A stretch of 64,000 nt of DNA, taken from assembly GCF_046119375.1 (NCBI RefSeq), contig NW_027362765.1, positions 223,510,001 to 223,574,000 of the forward strand. Reading direction: 5' to 3'. The stretch is from Phyllobates terribilis (lineage: Eukaryota). Below the pieces are notes generated by a model. It searched no databases. It worked only from the letters and a program-made list of their open reading frames with translations, and had not been told where the DNA came from. Positions 25,859 to 37,800 of this stretch are shown piece by piece. A program made the translations under genes and the position numbers. Within the stretch, counting starts at the first letter, position 1, and each line of letters opens with the position of its first letter.

Positions 25859-26183
25859 GCATCAAAACTATGAATTAACACATGTAGAATTATATACTTA
25901 ACAAAAAGGTGTGAAACAACTAAAAATATGTCTTATATTCTAGGTTCTTCAAAGTAGCCACATTTTGCTTTGATGACTGCTTTGCACACTCTTGGCATTC
26001 TCTTGATGAGCTTCAAGAGGTAGTCACCGGAAATGGTTTTCACTTCACAGGTGTGCCCTGTCAGGTTTAATAAGTGGGATTTCTTGCCTTATAAATGGGG
26101 TTGGGACCATCAGTTGTGTTGTGCAGAAGTCTGGTGGATACACAGCTGATAGTCCTACTGAATAGACTGTTAGAATTTGTATT

Positions 26184-27236
26184 ATGGCAAGAAAAAAGCA
26201 GTTAAGTAAAAAAAAACGAGTGGCCATCATTACTTTAAGAAATGAAGGTCAGTCAGTCCGAAAAATTGGGAAAACTTTGAAAGTGTCCCCAAGTGCAGTT
26301 GCAAAAACAATCAAGCGCTACAAAGAAACTGGCTCACATGAGGACCGCTCCAGGAAAGGAAGACCCAGAGTCACCTCTGCTTCTGAGGATAAGTTTATCC
26401 GAGTCACCAGCCTCAGAAATCGCAGGTTAACAGCAGCTCAGATTAGAGACCAGGTCAATGCCACACACAGTTCTAGCAGCAGACCCATCTCCTCAATAAC
26501 TGTTAAGAGGAGACTTTGTGCAGCAGTCCTTCATGGTAAAATAGCTGCTAGGAAACCACTGCTAAGGACAGGCAACAAGCAGAAGAGACTTGTTTGGGCT
26601 AAAGAACACAAGGAATGGACATTAGATCAGTGGAAATCTGTGCTTTGGTCTGATGAGTCCAAATTTGAGATCTTTGGTTCCAACCACCGTGTCTTTGTGC
26701 GACGCTGAAAAGGTGAACGGATGGACTCTACATGCCTGGTTCCCAACGTGAAGCATGAAGGAGGAGGTGTGATGGTGTGGGGGTGCTTTGCTGGTGACAC
26801 TGTTGGGGATTTATTCAAAATTGAAGGCATACTGAGCCAGCATGGCTACCACAGCATCTTGCAGTGGCATGCTATTCCATCCGGTTTGTGTTCAGTTGGA
26901 CCATGATTTATTTTTCAACAGGACAATGACCCCAAACACACCTCCAGGCTGTGTAAGGGCTATTTGACCAAGAAGGAGAGTGATGGGGTGCTACGCCAGA
27001 TGACCTGGCCTCCACAGTCACCAGACCTGAACCCAATCGAGATGGTTTGGGGTGAGCTGGACCGCAGAGTGAAGGCAAAAGGGCCAACAAGTGCTAAGTA
27101 TCTCTGGGAACTTCTTCAAGATTGTTGGAAGACCATTTTCGGTGACTACCTCTTGAAGCTCATCAAGAGAATGCCAAGAGTGTGCAAAGCAGTCATCAAA
27201 GCAAAAGGTGGCTACTTTGAAGAACCTAGAATATAA
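26184..27236 (+). pseudogene. DD38E transposase, one frame with two premature TGA stops
   Basis: ORFs 26184, 26721 and 26964 share one frame; GRPR, WSDE, QQDND and NPIE motifs; 38 residues between second D and E; stops at 26706-08 and 26904-06. Confidence 0.9.
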
Positions 27237-30200
27237 GACATATTTTCAGTTGTTTCACACTCTTTTGTTAAGTATATAATTCCACATGTGTTAATTCATA
27301 GTTTTGATGCCTTCAGTGTGAATGTACAAGAAAATACAGAAAAATCTTTAAATGAGAAGGTGTGTCCAAACTTTTGGTCTGTACTGTATATTTCTTGTAT
27401 TCCAAATATTAGCGTTTGTAAAGTTTTTGAAAAGGGAAATAATAACTCTAGGAAGAAGTATAGGGAGATTACATTTTTTTCTAATATATTTCCTAAGCTC
27501 TAGAAAATTAAAAAATTTCCTCCTCTGAAAGATTGTATAGAATTTTTATGGCTTGAAAGTTAATAATTGCATCTTTTTTAAGACCTGTAATTAAAGCAGA
27601 GCAATTTACAATTCAAAATTTTTCCCATTTATCAATCGTAAAATTAGGAAAGGCAGTGTGGAAAAAAGATATAGGAAGTTTCTCTAATGCGTAGTTATGT
27701 TGTTTATTTTTTGTGATCTTAAATAATTTCCTCCATAATGTAATAGTTCATTTTATTAGTGTATGTTAGGGTAATAGAAGAGTTTGGCCTAATAAATGTG
27801 AAATAGTGAGTGCTAACAAAGAAAAATTTCCATTGTACAGCCTTTCCATTGCTGTCCAATTATTTTTCCCTTCATCTAGAAACCAGTGTCTGCTTTGGAG
27901 AATGATGTTGGTTTCAGAATAGGCCTGAATATTTGGGAGGCCCATGCCACCTTTTCTTTTCTTTTTGAATAATAATAATTTTGCGATTCTTGGGTTTTTT
28001 GTTTGCCATATGTAGTTAGAAATCTGTTTATGAAGTTTTTTAGTCCATAGATCTGGTATTTGAATAGGGATTGATCTGAAAATATACTGCAATTTAGGCA
28101 AGATAATCATTTTTATAAAAAAACAATTCTGCCTAACCATGAAGTGTTGATTTTATCAAAATTGTTCATACTAGTTTGAATATGTTTTTGTAAGCAATTT
28201 AAGTTTTCATTCAAGATTTTGTTTAAGGGGTTCATAATTTTAATTCCTAAGTAAGGAATTTGGGATGTTTCCCAGGTGTAGGGAACTTCCCTTTCCATTG
28301 CTTTTTTTAATTGAGAGTCTAAAAAAACTTAAAATTTTTGAGTTTTTTAGATTAATTTTGTAATAGGATACCGACGAGAACTCCCTAATTATTAAAGAAA
28401 CAGCTCTTAAAGAGTTAATAGGTTCCATAATAGACATTAAAATGACGTCCGCAAATAGTCCAATTTTATATTTTCTATATTGTATACTGTCTATATTGTG
28501 ATTGAATGGAATGCCCTTTATGAGATTGCTGGTTCTAATGGTTTCAGCGAAAGGTTCCATTATAAGATCAAAAAGAAGCTTGGCTAATGGGCAACCTTAG
28601 CGTGTGCCGTTTGAGATAAAAAAGGAATAAGAAAGTAGATTTTTGACTTGGACCCTTGCTGAAAGGCAAGAATATAGGGAAAAGATGCCCTTAAGAATTT
28701 GTCCCTGAAAGCCAAATTTATTTAAAATGACGCGCATAAAATCCCAATTGATCCTATCAAACGCCTTTTCTGCATCTAGAGAAATCAGAATGAAGGGGAT
28801 TTTCCCCTTTTCCACATATGTAAGTAAATTCAAAATTCTCCTGGTTACATTTGAAGCCTGTCTCCCCTTAAAAAACCTACTTGATCAGACTAAATTAATA
28901 AGGGTAAGATTTTCAGAAATTAGTTTAGCAAAAATTTTTATGTCTGTTTTTAAGAGGGATATGGGTCTATCATTCGAAATCGCCTCAAGAGCACTGTTTG
29001 GTTTGGTATAACAACGATAGTCACTTCTAAGGATTCTTTTGGAAGAAGGCCTTCGTTATTAGCTTGATTAAACATGGAGGTCAAGGGGCTGGATACTTTA
29101 TGCTTAAATAATTTGTAATATTCATTGGGGAATCCATCAGGTCCAAGAGATTTATTTTCTTGTAGTTTTTTAATGGCAATTTCTGTTTTGTCTATGGAGA
29201 AAGGGGAATTTAGCGAGTTAATTTGTTCAGAATTTAGTTGCCGTAGGTTGACTTTAGAAAGGAATTGATTTATTTCTTTGATGTTTGGTTGGGTGGTATT
29301 CACATCCTCTTTCAGGTTATATAAAGAGGAATAGAATGCTGCAAATTGCTCAGGCTCCAATTTTTTTTAATAGAAATTACCCTTGATCTTATACGTGGTT
29401 TTCTAACTTTATTTGCCATACGTTTGGTCATTTTGTTAATAGGACAAATAATAATTAAGTTTGATAGAGTTCATTAATTTATCGTAATTATTCCATAAGA
29501 ATGAATTTAAGTTCTGCTCTAAGACTCTGTATAACTGAGTGGGTTTTATCTGTCGGGTTTTGTTGTTGTTTTTCAACGTCATCATTAATCTTTTGAATTA
29601 TATTTTTGATACTTTCTCTAGTTTTTCTTTTATGTTGTGAGTTTAATTGTATGACAACTCCTCTAAGTACTGCCTTATGGGCGTTCCATATAGTAGCGGG
29701 GGAAATGTCTTGTGAGATATTTTCTTGGAAGTATAATTTAATTGTTATCAATTTTTGTTTTATACATTGGAAAATACAGTAGAAAAGAATTGCATTTCCA
29801 CATTTTAGAGTAATTATTTGATTGTGTGGGTTTCAAAGACAATTTGATACGAGCATGGTCTGAACAAGTGATGGTACCTATTTGAATATCCTTACATTTT
29901 TGTAGGGTATGTAAATTAGTCAGAACCATGTCTATTCTCGAAAAGGTTTTATGTTTAGCCGAATAATAGGTGTATTCCCTTGAGGTAAATTTTAAATTTC
30001 TGAATACATCAAATAACTGTTCCTTTATTAACCAATTTTTTAAAGTAAACATTTTACATCTCGGAGAAGCCGAAGTATCCAAATTTTGCTTGGGGATAAT
30101 ATTAAAATCACCAAAAATAAATACATTTCTTTTTTGGTGTCTATACCTTTTTCATTAATTTATTGAGTAAGGAAATTTGGCTCTGTTAGGGGCATACACA

Positions 30201-31418
30201 TTTACCAAAGTGTACGTTATTGTATCATTAATGCAGACAAGAATATGGTAGCGACCATTGTTATCTATAATCTCTTCTAATAAATGAAAAGACACGGTGT
30301 TTCTTATGGTTGTAATCACACCGGTCTTTTTTTCCTCCAAAGAGGATCTAAAAATATGGAGAAAATTCTGGTGGGTTAATTTGAGAGAATTTAGGTTCTT
30401 GGAATGCCACTATATCAGTATTAGAGCTCTTGGCTTCCCTCCAGGCGGAATACATCTTAAACCGACTATTTAGTCCTTTGACATCCAGTGATAAAATTTT
30501 TAGCACCATTAGGATTTAAACAAGAAAAATATGTATAATAGCCAGAAAAAAACATATGTAGTGTTTTGTACAATATTTAAAAGCATATACCAATGGTGAA
30601 GGTGGTAAAATGAAATGCAATTCTGTAGAAAACCAATCATAAAACAAAACAAAAAACAAAAGAAAGACAGATTCTGATACTCCTTAGATGATCTGGGGGA
30701 AAAGGTTGAGAACAAAAATATACCAGTTCTCGAACACCTCATGCTATATCTGGGAAAAGAAAGTTCAGCGAACTCTGTGTGCGAGTCCTGGAGTTAAAGC
30801 AATTTTAAGTAGAAGAAGAGAACTCAAATCAGAAGATTGCTTATAATCAGCTGTAAAATAAAATAGAACATGAACAAGGAAACTGTATAGCAAGTTTTAC
30901 TTTAAAACCTTCAACTACCATTACTCCGCAGTGTCTTCTTTTCCTTCATGGTCGCAGTTGTATCTATTTCCGGGTATTTTGCATTGTTTTAAACAGTTCC
31001 ACCTCGTCTCTGGATCCTGTAACGTGTTTGTCCTTCCATTAAAAAATACTGTGAGTTTAGTGGGGAAACCCCACTTAAAGGAAATGTTGTTTGATCTTAA
31101 AATGGAAGTAATACCTGCAAAAGATTTTCTGGTGTCTAAAGTTTCTTTCAAGAAATCAGGAAAAACTTTAATCGACTCATAGGGGGGAGGTGGGTTCTTG
31201 CGTTTTCTTAGATAGTCTCTTAAATTGATCTTTTGCAATCACTTCTCTTGGTGTTTCTTTTGGAAGAAAGCTAGGGTTTTGTAACCTATGTGCTCTGTCG
31301 ATTTTAAATCTACAGTAGGAAAGGAAGGCAAGGATTTGTGCAATATATATTTAATATGGAACAAGATCTGCTGGTGGTACATTTTCCGGGATACCTCTGA
31401 ATTTTATATTGTTCCGCC

Positions 31419-32676
31419 CAGTAGCATAGCTACCGGGGTGACAGAGGGGGCGGCAGAGGGGCTGCGCTCTGAGGGGGACCACAACGGAGGTACCCCAGTG
31501 TAACTGTATCAGCGTGCACAACACGCCGATACAGTTACATGTTGGGCCAGAGCAGGGAGACTCGATGTCCCTGCACCGCCAGGTGCCCACTATCGGGCCC
31601 TTGAGCAAAAGGGGGGCCCCCAGTGCCAGCATCGGGCCCCCCATCAGTCACCCCAAGATAGTTTAATGATGAGAGAGGAAACGTGACGCTCCCTCTCCCT
31701 TCAGTCCCCCCTGCGCCTGACGTTGCTGAACGGGCGCGATGACGTTACACTTGGTGCCTGCTGTTCTGTAGATCTACGGGCACTCGGAGCAGTGGGGGAA
31801 TGAGGAGGAAAGCTGAGTATTGTATTTATTTATTTTTATGGGGGTGCATTGCTATATAAACTGCTTCTAGGGCTGCATTATACTATATACTCTGCCTATG
31901 GGGGTGCATTATACTATATAGAAGCCTATGGGGGTGCATAATACTGTATAGACTGCCTATACGGGTGCATTATACTATACAGACTGCCTATGGGGGTGCA
32001 TCATACTATATAGACTGCCTATGGGGGTGTATTATACTATATAAACTGCCTATGGGGATGTATTATACTATATACTCTGCCTATGGGGGTGAATTATACT
32101 ATATACTCTGCCTATAGGGCTGCATTATACTATAGACTCTGCATATGGGTGTGCGTTATACTATATGCTCTGCTTATGGGGGTGCATTATTCTATATACT
32201 CTGCCAATGAGGGTGCATTATACTATATACTCTGCCTATGGGGGTGCATTATACTATATAAACTCTGCCTAAGGGGAGTGCATTATACTATATACTCTGC
32301 CTATGGGAGTGCATTATAGTATAGACTCTGCATATGGGGTGCATTATACTATATACTCTGCCTATAGGGGTGAATCATACTATATAGACTGCCTATGGGG
32401 GTGCATTATACTATATACACTGCCTATGGGGATGCATTATACCATAGACTCTGCATATGGGGATGTATTATACTATATACTATGCCTATGGTAAGTGTAT
32501 TATACTATAGACTCTGCCTATGGGGGTGCATTATACTATATTGAGGCCTATGGGGGTGCAGTATACTATAGAGGCCTATGGCATGCATTTTACTATATAG
32601 AGTCTGCCTATGGGGAGTGTATTACACTATAGTGGCCTATGGGGAGCGCATTATACTATATTGGGGACTATCTGGT
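31419..32676 (+). mobile_element. Non-autonomous element (CAGTAGCATAGCTAC end) carrying a ~31-bp minisatellite; truncates L1 ORF1
   Basis: Abrupt switch from L1 ORF1 at 31418; gggcccc motifs; 18-bp hairpin at 31499-31539; no partner end found. Confidence 0.55.
31830..32665. repeat. ~30-31-bp minisatellite (tatgggggtgcattatactatatactctgcc), ~27 degenerate units
   Basis: Periodicity read directly; gtgcattatact reappears right after the Gypsy element at ~39155. Confidence 0.9.
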
Positions 32677-33807
32677 TGTAGCGCCGGCGTCCCTGCCCTC
32701 TGCTAGGCAGGGACGCTGTTCCCCTCACCTCTCTGCTCCGTGCCCGGCGTCCTCCTCCCGCTCTGCTGGCAGCGCGCGCTCCTTCCCGGCCACTGTGCTT
32801 AGGGCGCGCGCGCTCTCCCTCCCTCTTAAAGGGGCCGCGCGCGCCGTCCTAAGGAGTCCCCGGCCAATGGCCGGAGGACTTCACCATATATAAGGCACCT
32901 CCTCCAAAATGGAGGTGCCCGAGCAATGTTGTTGCACTGTTCACTACTCTGCTTCAGCCCTCAGGTCCCGTTGCCAGTTACCTGCCAGTTACCTGCCAGA
33001 TTCCTGCCAGATTCCTGCCTGATTATCTGCTACCTGCCTGCTAGTCTGAGGTCCGACGGTCTGCCTTCCAACTCCTGTCAGTCTGTCTATGGACCAGCTT
33101 GCCTGCTCACCTGGGAGCACACACCTGTTACCTGCCTGCTAGCCTACCTGGAGGCTCCGCCGTCACGTGCTGTGACCACCTGCCTGTCCAGTGACTCCTG
33201 CCCGCTCACCTGGGAGCGCTCATCTGCTGCCTGTCTGCTAGCCTACCTGGAGGCTCTGCCGTCACGTGCTGTGACCACCCGCCTGTCCAGAGACTTCTGC
33301 CCGCTCACCTGGGAGCGCTCATCTGCCGCCTGTCTGTTGGTCTTCCTGGAGGCTCCGCCGTCACATGCTGTGACCACCCGTTCATCCAGAGACTCTCGCC
33401 TGCTCACCTGGGAGCTCACGTCTATCATCAGCAGCCACAGGTCGTACCAACCCTTTACCCAGAGACTGCCCCGGTCACTTGCCGTGACCATCTGCCCGTT
33501 CATCCAGAGACTGCCCCGGTCACTTGCCGTGACCATCTGCCCGTTCATTCAGAGACTGCCCCGGTCACTTGCCGTGACCATCTGCCCGTTCATTCAGAGA
33601 CTGCCCCGGTCACTTGCCGTAACCATCTGCCCGTTCATCCAGAGACTGCCCCGGTCACTTGCCGTGACCTCCAGCCCGTTCACTCAGAGACTGTCCCTGT
33701 CACCTGCTGTGACTTCCTGCCCGTCTTCCCTGGTCGCCACCCGCTCCCTTACAAGGACCGCCCCCTTGTATAGTAGCTCAGAGGTTTCGCCTTCCAGACC
33801 CGTTACA
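32677..33807 (+). repeat. 5' LTR (1131 bp) with 99-bp x3+ and 45-bp x6 internal repeats
   Basis: Near-identical to 38022-39145; ctcacctggg at 33106/33205/33304/33403; cagagactg every 45 bp from 33460. Confidence 0.97.
32887..32893 (+). promoter_or_regulatory. LTR TATA box (TATATAA)
   Basis: GC-rich U3 upstream; 30 nt before the predicted transcript 5' end at 32917. Confidence 0.75.
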
Positions 33808-33809
33808 GT

Positions 33810-33819
33810 TTGCTCGGGC
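33810..33819 (+). other. Primer-binding site, self-priming type (TTGCTCGGGC)
   Basis: Starts 3 nt after the LTR end; perfect reverse complement of GCCCGAGCAA at 32917-32926; lacks the TGG start of a tRNA-type PBS. Confidence 0.8.
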
Positions 33820-33820
33820 C

Positions 33821-34771
33821 ATGGAACCCGGTGGCACCCAAGCTCTCTCGCTCTCGGACCTGTGTCATGAACTGTCCCGTCAAAGGTCCCAACAGGAGTC
33901 CATCCTGGGTCACCTGCGGAATGTCAATACTCGCCTGGACACTCTGACTGCTCCACCAGCAACCTCCGCCAGTGCCATGCCTCGCAATCCGGCAGCTCCG
34001 CTGCCCAGTAATACCATGGTATCCTACCCCGGACCCCGGCTTTCTGCACCTCCTCGCTTCGGAGGCGACTCCGCCCAGGCTCGGGGCTTCATAAATCAGT
34101 GCACCCTGCACTTTGAACTATTGTCCCACCAGTTTAACTCCGACCGAGCCAAAATTGCATTCATCATGTCCCATCTCACCGGGGAGGCCCTGGCCTGGCT
34201 AAATCCTCTATGGGAGAGAGGAGACCCCCTGGTGTCCAACTTGCCTGCTTTTCTCACGGCTTTCCGGAAAGTCTTCGACGAACCCGGACGGAAGACCTCA
34301 TCCGCATCATCACTGCTACGCCTCCGTCAGGGAAGTCTCACCGTGGGCCAATATGCCATACGGTTCCGTACCCTTGCCTCGGAGCTGGCCTGGGATAACG
34401 ACGCTCTGGTATCCGTCTTCTGGGAGGGTCTGTCCGGCCGTATTAAAGATGAACTTGCCGGTCGGGACATCCCTACCACTCTCGATGACCTAATAACTCT
34501 TGCCACCCGGATTGACCTACGGTTCCAGGAGCGTGCCAAAGAGGTCACCCGTGAGAGGAGGTTACCACGTCTAGCTCCTACTTTTCAGAAACCCGTCACT
34601 CCCTCCGTCTCTACCCAGGTACACTCTCCTGAGCCTATGCAGGTCGACCAGACCAAGATGGTCAAAACCCGTCAGGACTTACGCCGTGCCGAGGGGAGCT
34701 GCTTCTACTGTGGCAGTAAGGAGCACCGGATCCGTACCTGCCCGGAGAGGTCGGGAAACGCCTGTGTCTAG
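33821..34771 (+). CDS. gag: Gag (capsid-like domain plus CCHC zinc knuckle), 316 aa
   Basis: PPRFGGDSAQARGFINQC, EPMQVD, CFYCGSKEHRIRTC. Confidence 0.95.
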   Translation: MEPGGTQALSLSDLCHELSRQRSQQESILGHLRNVNTRLDTLTAPPATSASAMPRNPAAPLPSNTMVSYPGPRLSAPPRFGGDSAQARGFINQCTLHFELLSHQFNSDRAKIAFIMSHLTGEALAWLNPLWERGDPLVSNLPAFLTAFRKVFDEPGRKTSSASSLLRLRQGSLTVGQYAIRFRTLASELAWDNDALVSVFWEGLSGRIKDELAGRDIPTTLDDLITLATRIDLRFQERAKEVTRERRLPRLAPTFQKPVTPSVSTQVHSPEPMQVDQTKMVKTRQDLRRAEGSCFYCGSKEHRIRTCPERSGNACV

Positions 34772-34813
34772 GTTCGCTCAGAGAGGTCGACCTAGACAAG
34801 AATAAATCCTCTC
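34753..34813 (+). promoter_or_regulatory. -1 ribosomal frameshift signal: G_GGA_AAC plus downstream stem/pseudoknot
   Basis: Heptamer is in the gag frame; 5-nt spacer; 9-bp stem tgtctaggt/acctagaca; -1 frame is open into pol. Confidence 0.85.
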
Positions 34814-37800
34814 CATCTCTGCTGTTGTCAGTCTCAATCGTCTGCGGGGAGAACCGTTATTTCGAACTAGCCCAACTTGACTCTGGAGCAGCCGGGAATC
34901 TTATTTCACAGTCCCTGGTAGAGAAATACCGCATCCCCACCAAACCTCTGGCTGTACCCTTGTCTGTTGCTGCCGTGGATGGGGGTCTCTTACCACGCCC
35001 CATCCAACTCATCACCGAATCCATTACTCTGCAGGTGGGAATGCTGCATTCTGAGAGTATCTCCTTTCATGTTCTGCCTGGACTCTCCCACGCCCTCTTG
35101 CTAGGCCTACCTTGGCTCCAGAGACATGCACCCGTGCTTGACTGGCAGACCGGAGAAGTCCTTCCCTGGGGACAGGACTGCCATAAGACCTGTCTGGTTC
35201 CCGTCCATCCCGTCCGTCCTTCTCCTACCCCAGCTAATCTACCTGGACTTCCGATTCCTTATTGGTCTTATGCTGATGTCTTTAATAAAAAGGAAGCAGA
35301 GACACTACCCCCTCATAGACCATACGACTGCCCTATCGACCTGTTACCTGGTACTACTCCTCCCCGTGGGCGTATTTATCCATTATCCGCTGCTGAGACC
35401 CGGTCGATGTCCGAATATATTGAGGAGAATCTGGCCAGGGGATTCATCCGGAAATCTACCTCCCCGGCGGGAGCAGGCTTCTTTTTCGTCAAAAAGAAGG
35501 ACGGCTCTCTCCGTCCCTGTATAGACTATAGAGGCCTTAACCAGATCACGGTGAAGAATAAGTACCCCCTTCCGCTCATTCCGGAGTTATTTGATCGTCT
35601 GAGGGGGGCTAGAATCTTCACCAAACTGGACCTCCGTGGGGCGTACAACCTGGTTCGTATCCGTCAGGGGGATGAATGGAAGACGGCATTCAACACCCGG
35701 GACGGCCACTATGAATATCTGGTAATGCCCTTTGGTCTCTGTAACGCTCCTGCCGTCTTTCAAGAGTTGGTCAATGACATCTTCCGGGACCTTCTCTACT
35801 CCTGCGTAGTGGTGTACCTGGACGACATCTTGGTCTTCTCTCCGGATCTCCAGACTCACCGGAGGGACGTTCGTCAGGTCCTGCTCAGGCTCAGGCAGAA
35901 TCACCTCTTCGCTAAATACGAGAAGTGCCTCTTTGAGCAGACCTCGCTTCCGTTTTTGGGCTACATTATTTCTCAGACCGGCCTACGAATGGATCCAGAG
36001 AAGCTGTCTGCCATCGAGAAATGGCCTCGACCGGAGGGGTTGAAGGCCATTCAGCGATTCCTGGGCTTCGCTAACTACTACCGCCTCTTCATACCACACT
36101 TCTCTTCCCGGACTGCCCCAATTTCCGCGCTCACCCGTAAGGGTACTAATCCCAAAGAGTGGCCGCCCGAAGCTGAGGAAGCCTTTCTTTCCCTAAAACA
36201 GGCCTTCTCTTCCGCCCCGGTGCTGCATCGCCCGGACGGCAACAAGCAGTTCTTCCTGGAAGTTGACGCCTCCTCCTCTGGAGCCGGAGCGGTACTTACT
36301 CAAAAATCATCTTCCGGGAGAATGGTAACTTGTGGCTTCTTCTCCAAACTCTTCTCCTCTTCTGAGCGCAACTATTCCATAGGAGACCGAGAGTTATTGG
36401 CCATCAAGCTGGCGTTGGAGGAGTGGCGTTACCTACTCGAGGGGGCTCTTCACCCGGTAATAATTTACACTGACCACAAGAACTTGGCTTACCTCCAGCA
36501 TGCCCAGAGACTTAACCCGCGCCAAGCCCGGTGGTCCTTGTTTTTTGCTCGCTTTGATTTTGTTCTTCATTTTCGCCCGGCTGACAAAAACGTCAAAGCA
36601 GACGCCTTGTCCCGATCCTTTCTGGTGTCCGATCTCGAGGAAGAACCTAAACATATCATCGATCCCGCCAGAGTAATGCAGGTGGCTCCCGTGAGTCTAA
36701 ATCGTCTCCCTCCCGGTAAGACGTTTGTTTCAGTACCTGATCGGAAGAAGATCCTACACTGGGGCCATTCGTCTAAACTAGCTGGCCACGCCGGTCAGAA
36801 AAAGACCCTCCAGCTTATTGCCCGGCACTACTGGTGGCCTACCCTGCACAAGGACGTAATAGACTTTGTTTCTGCCTGTGTGTCCTGCGCCCGCAACAAA
36901 GTCCCGAGACACCTGCCAGCCGATCGCCTCCTTCCGCTTCCTGTGCCTGCTGCCCCCTGGCAGCATATTGCTATGGACTTCATAACTGATCTCCCCGTCT
37001 CCGCCGGTTGTACGGTCATTTGGGTGGTCGCTGATCGCTTTTCCAAGATGGCTCACTTTATTCCCCTGCCAGCCCTCCCGTCTGCACCCGAGCTGGCTAA
37101 AGACTTTATCCGCCACATCTTCCGTCTTCATGGCCTGCCCCTCCACATCGTGTCGGATCGTGGGGTACAGTTCACCTCACGTTTCTGGAGAGCCACTTGT
37201 AAACTGCTAGACGTCACCCTGGACTTCTCTTCCGCTTACCACCCACAGTCCAATGGTCAAGTGGAGCGGATCAATCAGAACCTGACCAGTTACCTCCGGC
37301 ACTTCGTTAATGCCCATCATTCAGACTGGGTGGATCTCCTACCATGGGCCGAGTTCTCTTATAACAATCACGAGAGCGAATCCTCCTCCAAATCCCCGTT
37401 TTTTGTAGTCTTCGGTCAGCATCCTCGGATTCCTTTTCCTGTCTCCACCTCTGTGGACAACCCGGCTGCGGAATCTCTCGTTAGCAAATTTTCCTCCATT
37501 TGGGAGAGTACCCGATCCGCACTCCTTCAGTCGTCCGAACGGATGAAAAGACACGCTGATAAAAAACGCCTGGATCCTCCACAATTTCGTCCTGGAGATA
37601 AAGTCTGGCTCTCATCTAAATATGTCCGACTCAAGATACCTTCTTACAAGTTAGGGCCTCGGTTCATCGATCCTCTGGAGGTCATCAGTCAGATCAACCC
37701 GGTGGCCTATAAATTGAAACTCCCGGCCAACTTACGGATCCCTAACTCCTTCCATGTATCTCTCCTCAAACCTGTGGTACTTAACTCTTTTTCCAAGTCT

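Larger units (their letters stand above)
25241..27386 (+). mobile_element. Tc1-like DD38E (IT/Intruder-type) element inserted in the L1
   Basis: TA TSD; TIR cagtacagaccaaaagtttggacaca; ~1617 bp once the nested LTR and one TSD copy are removed. Confidence 0.92.
24300..31418 (-). mobile_element. Decayed L1/Tx1-clade LINE (ORF1 C-terminal part, ORF2, 3' end), interrupted by a Tc1
   Basis: ORF1 RNNIKFRGIPE and ISFKWGFPTKL; endonuclease VNVYAP, SRIDMVL, SDH; RT KSLGPDGFPNEYYK, SLDAEKAFDRINW, GTRQG, LFADV; C-terminal SWLGRI, KKRKGGMGLPN; many stops and frameshifts. Confidence 0.9.

Noticed and set aside
33808-33825. Conventional tRNA primer-binding site
   Set aside because: It lacks the TGG complement of tRNA CCA, whereas a perfect 10-nt match to the LTR's own predicted 5' end exists
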